Shown: piece by piece, positions 49,481 to 58,800 of the stretch
Layout of the letters: every line of letters starts with the position of its first letter
Position numbering within the stretch: position 1 is the first letter of the stretch
Source of the DNA: a virus
Taxonomy: Duplodnaviria; Caudoviricetes
Strand: one strand, 5' to 3'
Virus record (IMG/VR): IMGVR_UViG_3300025141_015004
Location: 1 to 60,922 of that record
DNA length: 60,922 nucleotides
Program-made: the position numbers and the translations under genes
Notes under the pieces: model-generated
Databases searched by the model: none
What the model saw: only the letters and a program-made list of their open reading frames with translations
Told to the model about the DNA's origin: nothing

Positions 49481-51295
49481 ATGGGGTTTAAAAACAAAAA
49501 AATACCAATCGATTATACGGCTCGAGATTATGAAAGTATTAGAGCCGCTCTTGTTGACCATGCAAAAAGATATTATGCGGACACATATCAAGACTTCAAT
49601 GAAGCTGGATTTGGCTCTCTAATGATTGATTCGGTTGCTTACGTTGGCGATGTTCTTTCTTTATATCTGGATTATCAGGCAAACGAAAGTTTCCTCGAAA
49701 CAGCATTAGAAGATGAAAATATTCTTAAAATTGGAAAACAAATGGGGTTCAAGGGGTTTGCTCCGGGAATAGCCACGGGAATAGTACAGATTTATGTTGA
49801 AATACCAGCGAATTCAGACGGATCTCCGAATTCAGCCTATAATCCAATTGTAAAGAAGGGAACTTCTTTCTCCTCCGCTGATGGCGGAACATTTACTTTA
49901 ACTGAGGATGTTAATTATAATGACGCCAATGTCGATATATTGGTCTCAAAGATAAATAATACAACTTCGGTACCGACTTATTGGGTATTGAGAAAATCCG
50001 GCGAAGTTGTTTCTGGCTTGATCGAGTTTGATGCAGTTTCTGTTGGAGATTTTGAAAGATTTTTAAAAATTAACGTTGGCGAAGACGTCTCTGGCGCCAT
50101 AATTGAAATTATTAAAGTTGAAGATACTGAGGGTAATGAATATTTTGAAGTAGAAAATCTTGCCCAAGATTTAGTTTTTCGCGCAGTTTCTAATAAAGAT
50201 ACTACAACAAATAAATATGTTCCAAGTTTATTGAAACCTTATATAGTTCCTAGAAGATTTACGGTAGAGAGGGATTCGACCGGCCGCGTATTCTTACAAT
50301 TTGGGGGAGGATCGGATTCCGATAACATAACTGACACAATCTCAGATCCTTCAAAGGTTGCCTTGCAGGTTCATGGAAGAGACTATATTTCTTCAACATA
50401 TTTTGATCCAAACATATTAGCGTATAATAATAAACTAGGGATATCCCCTTCGAACACAACGTTAAATATCACTTTCAGAGTTAATGATGCGGCTTTATCT
50501 AATGCCGCCAGCAACTCAATCAACCAAGTTGTAAGCTCTACAATAAGCTTCAACGATGAATCTACACTGAACGATGACTTTATGAGCGATTTAATCGATT
50601 CGATTGAAGTAGATAACGAAGAAGCAATTGTTGGAGATATTGATTATCCCACAACTGACGAAATTAGGCAAAGAATTTTAAGCACCTTTTCAACCCAGAA
50701 TAGAGCCGTTACTCGAGAAGACTACATATACATGTGTTACGCCATGCCAAACAAATTCGGATCGATTAAAAGGGCAAATGCTTTAAGAGATCCAAACTCG
50801 CAAAAGAGAAATTTGAATTTATATGTTTTATCTGAAGATTCTAATGGCGACTTTATACAATCTACAACTGCTTTAAAAAATAACTTAAAAATTTGGCTTA
50901 ATAAGAGTAGAATGATTAATGATACGATTGATATTTTAGATGCTAAAATTGTAAATATTGGAATCGATTTTAAAATAATGTCTGATAGTGCATTTAACAA
51001 ATATGATACAATATCAAAGGCAATAGAGAAATTAACGGATGATTTAACACAGAGAAAATATAATATTGGAGAAGATTTTTCAATTATAGAAATTTATAAA
51101 AGCTTGAAAGAGATAGACGAAGTGGTCGACGTGCTTAGTGTGGAGCTTGTTAATAAAGCTGGAAATCCTTACTCTGATTTGAACTTTGGCATCAAAGAGA
51201 ATTTATCTAGCGATGGAAGAGTCTTAATATGCCCACAAAATGTTGTTTTCGAGATCAAGCTTCCAGAATCAGATATTAAAGGGACTGTGATATAA
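49481..51295 (+). CDS. Baseplate wedge protein, T4 gp6-like
   Basis: IDYTARDYESIR, AYVGDVLS.Y.D, ESFLETA, QFG.G, QNRAVTREDY. Confidence 0.9.
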   Translation: MGFKNKKIPIDYTARDYESIRAALVDHAKRYYADTYQDFNEAGFGSLMIDSVAYVGDVLSLYLDYQANESFLETALEDENILKIGKQMGFKGFAPGIATGIVQIYVEIPANSDGSPNSAYNPIVKKGTSFSSADGGTFTLTEDVNYNDANVDILVSKINNTTSVPTYWVLRKSGEVVSGLIEFDAVSVGDFERFLKINVGEDVSGAIIEIIKVEDTEGNEYFEVENLAQDLVFRAVSNKDTTTNKYVPSLLKPYIVPRRFTVERDSTGRVFLQFGGGSDSDNITDTISDPSKVALQVHGRDYISSTYFDPNILAYNNKLGISPSNTTLNITFRVNDAALSNAASNSINQVVSSTISFNDESTLNDDFMSDLIDSIEVDNEEAIVGDIDYPTTDEIRQRILSTFSTQNRAVTREDYIYMCYAMPNKFGSIKRANALRDPNSQKRNLNLYVLSEDSNGDFIQSTTALKNNLKIWLNKSRMINDTIDILDAKIVNIGIDFKIMSDSAFNKYDTISKAIEKLTDDLTQRKYNIGEDFSIIEIYKSLKEIDEVVDVLSVELVNKAGNPYSDLNFGIKENLSSDGRVLICPQNVVFEIKLPESDIKGTVI

Positions 51296-52899
51296 TGGCC
51301 ATAAAAAGATATGTTGCAACTGCTGACAATACGATAACCAATGCTTATGATAGTAGTTTAGTATCTGCAAGCAGAGGTACCGGATCTAACATGGGACGAT
51401 CTGATATTTTAGAAATTTTTTCTATATATGGACAAGTAAGCGGCGCTACAAATGGCGAAAGTCAAGAATTGTCGCGCATTCTTTTAAAATTTCCAATCTC
51501 CGGCGCCATTTCTGATCGAACAGCAAATAAAATTCCAGCATCCGGCAGTGTTTCATGGTATCTTCGCATGTTTAACGCAGAACATGGAGAAACCCTCCCC
51601 AGAAATTATACCATGGCTATTCAAGCAATTTCTCGTACATGGGAAGAGGGCGATGGTCTGGATATGGATGATTATTCAGATAAAACTTATGATATTACTG
51701 GCTCCAACTGGCAAAGATCGGCCGCGTCCACTTCTTGGACAAAGCCCGGAGGGGATTATCATACTTCTCCAACCTATACAGCCACCTTTGGCAACAAAGG
51801 GACGGAAAATATTGAAGTAGACATATCAGATGTAGTTGAACAATGGATCGCCGGATCAAAAACAAATTATGGAATCGGAATAAGATTAAGCTCAAGTTTG
51901 GCACCTCTTGAATCGCAGCCGGCTAATTATGAAGCATATTTTTCTGCTTCTTCTGGTGATTATTCTCAGGGGCAGAATAGCGGTTCAGTACTCCACAATC
52001 CTAGTGGCTCAAAGAGATCTTATTATACAAAGAAATTTTTTGCTAGAGAGTCAGAATTTTTCTTTAAAAGACCCTTGTTGGAAGCTCGATGGGATGACGC
52101 AAAAAAAGATAATAGAACAGATTTTTATTATTCTAGTTCTCTTGCTCCTGCTGTTGATAATTTAAATACGCTTTATCTTTATAACTATATTCGAGGAAAA
52201 TTAACAAACATTCCAACGGTTGGCACAGGAAAGTTAAACCTCAGCCTATATTCAGGCTCTGCTAATGATACTGTTCCAGCGGGCGAAAAATTATTACTAC
52301 CAAAGGGCGGAGGAGTGGTCACAGCGCTTGATAATAACGTAACTGGGGGCTATGTATCAACTGGGATTTATAGTGCCTCATTCGCAGTTACAGCAGCTTC
52401 TACGCCAATTAAAACCCTGTATGATGTATGGCACACCGGTACTGTCGAATTAAGTACTGGTTCTATAACTCCAAAGACATTTAACTCCTTATTGTATAAT
52501 GATGGTTCAACATATGTTGTTAATATCAAAAATATGAAAAAATCCTATTCCACTGGCGAGACAGGAAGATTCAGGCTCTTTGTCCGGGAGAAGAATTGGA
52601 GCCCAAACATATATACCGTAGCTAACGCAACCGCCCAGACTTCAATAATTCCTAGCGCTTCTTATAAGGTTATTCGAATAGCTGATAATTACGGGGTCAT
52701 AGAGCATGGCACGGGATCCTCGACAAATCACACTCAATTGTCTTATGATGTTTCAGGAAATTACTTTAATTTAGACATGTCAATGCTCCAACCGGGTTAT
52801 ATGTATGGAATTAAATTAGCATTTTATAATGATGCGGTAAGTGATTGGCAAGAACAAAAACATATTTTCAAATTTAGAGTAGAAGAAGATAATGAGTAA
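51295..52899 (+). CDS. Virion structural protein (DNRLRE-like beta domain)
   Basis: ADNTI, SRILLKF, WEEG.G, W...GGD, DISDVVEQW, NYG, RP.LE. Confidence 0.7.
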   Translation: MAIKRYVATADNTITNAYDSSLVSASRGTGSNMGRSDILEIFSIYGQVSGATNGESQELSRILLKFPISGAISDRTANKIPASGSVSWYLRMFNAEHGETLPRNYTMAIQAISRTWEEGDGLDMDDYSDKTYDITGSNWQRSAASTSWTKPGGDYHTSPTYTATFGNKGTENIEVDISDVVEQWIAGSKTNYGIGIRLSSSLAPLESQPANYEAYFSASSGDYSQGQNSGSVLHNPSGSKRSYYTKKFFARESEFFFKRPLLEARWDDAKKDNRTDFYYSSSLAPAVDNLNTLYLYNYIRGKLTNIPTVGTGKLNLSLYSGSANDTVPAGEKLLLPKGGGVVTALDNNVTGGYVSTGIYSASFAVTAASTPIKTLYDVWHTGTVELSTGSITPKTFNSLLYNDGSTYVVNIKNMKKSYSTGETGRFRLFVREKNWSPNIYTVANATAQTSIIPSASYKVIRIADNYGVIEHGTGSSTNHTQLSYDVSGNYFNLDMSMLQPGYMYGIKLAFYNDAVSDWQEQKHIFKFRVEEDNE

Positions 52900-55800
52900 A
52901 AAAGATTTATTCAAAAGTCAAAATCCAGATAAATTTATTTCATCTGCTAATATTGATAAACTTAAAGAACAAGTAGAATCTAAAAACTTTATCAAAGAGA
53001 AAGTAAAGCAGCAAAAGATGTTTACACCTCGTGTAGATTTTTCTGATCCTGTTAATTTTGCTCGTTATGGCTTGGCTGAAGAGTATTATCGAACTTCTGT
53101 TGAAAATGTTTATAAAACTTATCCTTATGATGGTTCCATCGCAGAAAAAGAGTCATGGTATAATAGCGGAAGCTATTTGGATCAGTATATTTTCGATAAA
53201 GAATACCCCAGAACAAATGGGTATATCATTATTGGTTCTGACGGGAGTTGGGGATCAAAATCAGATACAAAAAAACTTCAAGAGGGTGGTCTTGATATTG
53301 CATCTTACGGTCTGCCTAGTAATTTAGAGTATATTACTTTCAATGGCGGTCCTCACAAGTCCTTTCAGCCGGCAGGAGAAAGAACTAAGTCTTTAGCAAA
53401 CTATTATAAATCGTCAAAGAACAGAGTAAACAACCTGCGATATGATTTGTCTCCCACCGGATCTGGCGTAACTGTTGAATTTTGGCTTAAAAAAGATGGA
53501 TGGGATCCTAGTTTAACTGCTAATGAAGTAATTTTTGATCTTTGGAACAGCGAAACAACAGGTTCAGAGAATACAGATTATGGCCGTCTGAGAATAGAAC
53601 TATCTGCTAGTGGGCACGAAACAGCCGGCGCCGATCCTCTTCGTGTAACTTTCTATTCAGGGAGTACCAATTCTGGGCGTTATCTTGCTCCGGATAATGG
53701 CACACTGACGACGGGATCTTTAGCTGACGGCAATTGGCATCACTATGCTCTTGTTTTTCAATCTGGATCCAATTCAGGAGTTGGTCAAACTAGAATAGAT
53801 TATTATCGCGATGGCCAATTTGTAGCTAAAACTTATGGCGGATTCAACCACTCAAGCTCAATTGCGGGAACCATGTCGGCGTCTATTGGAGCGTTGGTGT
53901 CTGCCCCATCGGGTAGTGTCTATCACAGCACTGGCATGTCCGGATATGGAAAGTTATATTCTGCTTCTTTAGATGAATTTAGATATTGGAAAACAGCAAG
54001 AAGTGCTAAACAAATTTATCAAAATTATAATAATCAAGTCGGAGGCGGAACAAACACAGATGATTCTAACACGACTTTAGGAATTTATTATAAGTTTAAC
54101 GAAGGTGTTACAACAAATGATACTGTTGATGCTACGGTTTTAGATTATTCCGGGCGTGTTTCGAACGGAAGTTGGATAGGATACAATTCCACCTCTAGGA
54201 GCACAGGGTCGGCTATTGTTTCTTCGAGCACATCCGCTCATGAATTTCAAGATCCTATTATATATAATTTTCACCCCTCAGTTTCCTCTGTAAAAGATCG
54301 CTTGGTCAATAGTGGCTCTTTTCATGATAATGAAAATGCCTCTGCTCTGTTTTACACGCTGCCATCATGGATTTTGGAAGGCGATGAAAGTTTTGGCGGA
54401 AGTAACTTAAAATATTTGACACAAATTATGTCAAGTTACCTAGATACTCTTTATCTTCAGATTGAAGAGCTTTCAAAACTTAAAGAAGTGGAGCATACAT
54501 CCGGATCTTTAAAGCCTAGCGTGTTTGGAAATCGCCTTCTTTCTGACAAGGGACTTCTCGCCCCGGAATTATTTGTTGATGCTGATATTGTTGAACAACT
54601 TTATGCGCGAAATGAAAAAACAACTTTTACAAAAGATCTTTCCGAGATTAAGAACAAAATATATGAGAATGTTTATAATAACCTAGTTCAGATTTATAAA
54701 TCCAAGGGGACATACGAATCTTTTCGAAATGTTTTAAACACTTTGGGAATTTCGCAAAAAATTGTTGATATTAATCTTTATTCCAATAACGCTGAATATG
54801 AAATATTGGATAATAGAAGATTAGTTTTCGAAAGAAAGAAAAAATTAAACTTATTCAAGACTGATTATAATTCTGCAACAGTTTATCAAGCAACGGGTTC
54901 AACCGGAGAGGGTATTTCATATATACCAGCTACTTCCGACAATACAGGCTCTTTTACCCCATGGACAATAGAATCGAGGTTCACCCTTCCCAGAGATAAT
55001 ATCAATTCGAATTATTATTTTATTGAAAATGATAACTTGAGCTGTTCTCTTTTTGGATTTCATAGGCCGGAAGAGAGCAACACTAATTATGATTGGGCTT
55101 CTCAAGATACAACAGTTCAAGTTTTTGCTGTACGCGATAAAGCCAGCTATAAAGATGGATATTTTTATCTTACGTCTTCTATATTGGCCGCCCAGCCGGG
55201 ATATGTCCTTTCCAGTAGCATAATACCAAATTTATTTGATGACACTGAGTGGAATCTCGCAGTTCGCTTTAGACCAGTCAAAAATCCGTTAGAAACTAGG
55301 GTTTCCGGAGGCTTAAATGCAGCAAATTTTCAGAAAACCAATTATACTATTGAGTTTAAAGGAGCTAGCTTAAGGGGGGATTTGGTAGAAAATGAGTTTC
55401 TCCTTTCGAGCAGTCAATTCGATCACAGCTACGAGGGCGCCGGCATATTTCTATCTCTGACCACTCCTAAAAGGTTCTATATCGGATCCCATAGGCTGAA
55501 TTATACTGGATCTATTTATAAAAATGGGTATAGTTTTGCTAAATTTCATAATATGAACTTTTGGTACAACTACATTTCAGATGATGACGTTAGATCGCAC
55601 CTAAAAGATTCAAGAAACTACGGCGTTTCAAAGACTTATCAACCTTCTGCTGATTCTTTTTATGAAAGCGGGTATATTAATAGCGTTTATCAATCGGGCG
55701 CAGACTACAGGCAACCGGCGGCCGCTGGTGTGCCAAATATTGATACACTAGTTTTTAGATGGGACTTTGAAACGGTTTCGGAGTCAAACACTTCCGGACA

Positions 55801-58800
55801 ATTTGATGTTCTGGATATAACTTCGGGATCAACTGACTGGTATAGCGGAAGATATGGCAAGTTTGGCGAAATTACGAATCAATATCAATTTTATGGAAGA
55901 GGTTTCGGATTTACTGCAAATGCAACGGATGTTGTAAAAACAGAAAGAATCAATTCGTATAAACTGGCAAACTTTGATACAATAACCTCCGAACAAATGA
56001 TTGAGATTCGTTCTGAAGACGACGAGATCTTTTTACCAGATAAAAGGCCGATTGAATATTCTTTCGCCGCAGAGAAAAACTTTTATGGCGCTATAAACGA
56101 AAGTATTATTGAAACTTTTGCTACTCTAAAAGATTTCAACAATCTTATAGGCGAATCAGCGAACAGATATCGTCCGGAATACAAAGAACTTAAAAAATAC
56201 AGGCAACTTTTCTTTGAAAGGGTTCAAAACGAATTAGATTTCGAAAGATTTGTTGATTATTACAAGTGGGTCGATTCATCGATATCTTATATTCTAACTC
56301 AATTAATTCCTGCTTCTGCTGATTTCTCACCGGGCCTTTCCAACGTTGTAGAAAGTCACATTTTGGAGAGGAATAAATATCAACACAGGTTACCTGTAAT
56401 TAAGCCCATGACGGCTTACGAAACTAGCTTAAGTGTGGCTCCGGACTCTTACTTTTTATCAAACAAGACGGTTATAAGCGGAAATTTACAAAATGCAAAT
56501 CCAATAACATCTAGCGCATTCTTGACTGCTTCGATAAATAAAAGTTCAGTTAATGCGTCGACACTAAGCGGCTCGATTGAAAATATTGTTGATTTAACTT
56601 ATCGTAATCTTATCTCATCATCCTATATTTCCGGTAATGATGACTTAAATACTATAAATGTCGTCAGAACAAAATCGAAAAATAGAAAAGTAGGAAATTA
56701 TCGCGAAAATCATTCTATTGTAATGATTCCCAATAAAGATGGAAACAACGACTTTTTACAGGACATGTTTGGATCGGTAGCGTCAGTTTCAGATTCATTT
56801 TTCGTCTCCGGTGTTGTCGATTATACGATATTAACAAGACCTTCACAGCCTAGCGTTATAACACCTAGGTTTTCAGCCCCGGGTGGACCAGAAGTGGCAT
56901 CTCTTGGTTATTTAGACTATGAAAGCACTCAATATTCAGTCTATAATGACATGAATTATAGAAATCTTGTTGTCCGAAAAGCATTGAATGAAATGAGAGT
57001 ATCTTCTTCCGGAGATCCAACGTTGTTTATTAGCGCATCAGATGCTGCTTCGTATAATCATAATTATCGCAACCCAAGAAAAGAATACATGAGCGGCGGA
57101 ATAAACTATGGAAATACAGCATCCGTATTTTATGATAATGCTTTTATAACACACGCAATTCCTGCTTCTGATTTACAATACTCTTGGATCACAGCATCTT
57201 ATGAATCGGCAACATTCTTGACTAGACAAACCGGTTCGGAAGATATTACATTTTATAAGTGGATGCCGGATATGCCGCCCTCGTATGGGGATGAAATAAT
57301 GCCTATAGGCCTTCCATTTCCATCGGTATTCCAAGATTTGCGTCCTTTTGCATCGATCTTAGATGATGATGACGGGATATCCCCGACAAAAGCATTCGAC
57401 GGCTATGGGGGTATACCAAATTTCCCAATCCAAGAGAATTTATGGTCTCCACTTAGTATGCAATTGTCGATAGGATCTGCTGGTGGGTATTTTCCGGAAG
57501 AGAACCCATTGAATACTGATTATACACCTCTTGCTGGAGGAACAGCCGGAGCCGGCGGCACAGCAGTAAATAATCAGCAAGCAGTTAGGTTTATTATTAA
57601 TTATTATTCCCCCCGGGGATTTAATACTTGGACGTCTATAAGGGCCAGCCAGTTGAATCCGATTATAAGAATCTTCAACAAAAATAGTATTTTGTCCGTT
57701 GCAGATCCCATTAGGGATAAAGAGATTGTAGATGTCCGGAATGGAGTTAGAAAAAGAAGAGTTCAAAAAGCTATAGTTCCTATTTCCCTTACCAATTATA
57801 TTGAGCCGGGAATTACTAGAAAGTTTAGGCCTCTTAGATATACTTTTGTGGAAAACAATGTAAATAATGATGTTATTGAAGAACAGACTTCTTACGCCAT
57901 TCATCTAGCCGGATTTGCAAATAAAAGTTTAAACTCTGTTTTAAAAGGTAATACAAAGAAAGAAGTTGCATCTTATAATAGAGTGAAAAATTTATATCTA
58001 AATTCAGAAGATCCGGAAAATTCCCCTATAAAGGGCTGGATTTCTGTTGAATATGAAGAGATGGTTTGGCCAAAAGAAAAGTTTCAAGGTGTTAATTCTC
58101 ACAGGGATAAGCCACATTATGATTCTACCCCCTTCCCTGTTATAGTCAAATCTAGATTGGGAAATCAGAATAATAGAACTTTTTGGAGAGATACCGCATC
58201 CAACAGAAAAAGATCAACTATGTGGGATGATGGTGTATTGGGAAATACGCAAAATTCTCTAGGGAAAATGTATACGAGCAGTCTGCCTTTGAATACTGCT
58301 GACGGCACATATATAAATGGAGATAATTTCAGTAAAAATGTTTTTCCATTATCTGATTATAGTCTGGCTTCAAATTCCGGATCTTTGGGGCAAGTGTGCC
58401 AACTTAAGTTAACAATCGCAACTACTGTAACATCCAGTGCGGAAGCAATTTTCTTTGATATTCTGACTCCTGACGGCTCAGTTTCAGGGCCGGCCATTTT
58501 TGCGTCCTCTTTCGCCGGCAGCCCAGCAGTTGCAGCTATAGCGCTGATGAAAGCAATTAACACAGATCCTGTTTCGAATAGTGTTCTTACTGCTAGTTTA
58601 GTTTTACCAGATTCTATTATAGTTCAAACTAGATATCCAGTTGGCGTTTCTGGATCAGATTTTAAGGGGTTAAATAATCAAAACTTTGGCGCAAAGCTAA
58701 ACCCGGTTTCTAATAATGTTAATACTTTGGGTCTTGGCGGGGTTATAACCCCATATGGCGAAATTATTCCGCTTACTGGTGGCACAGCCCCAATTTTTAA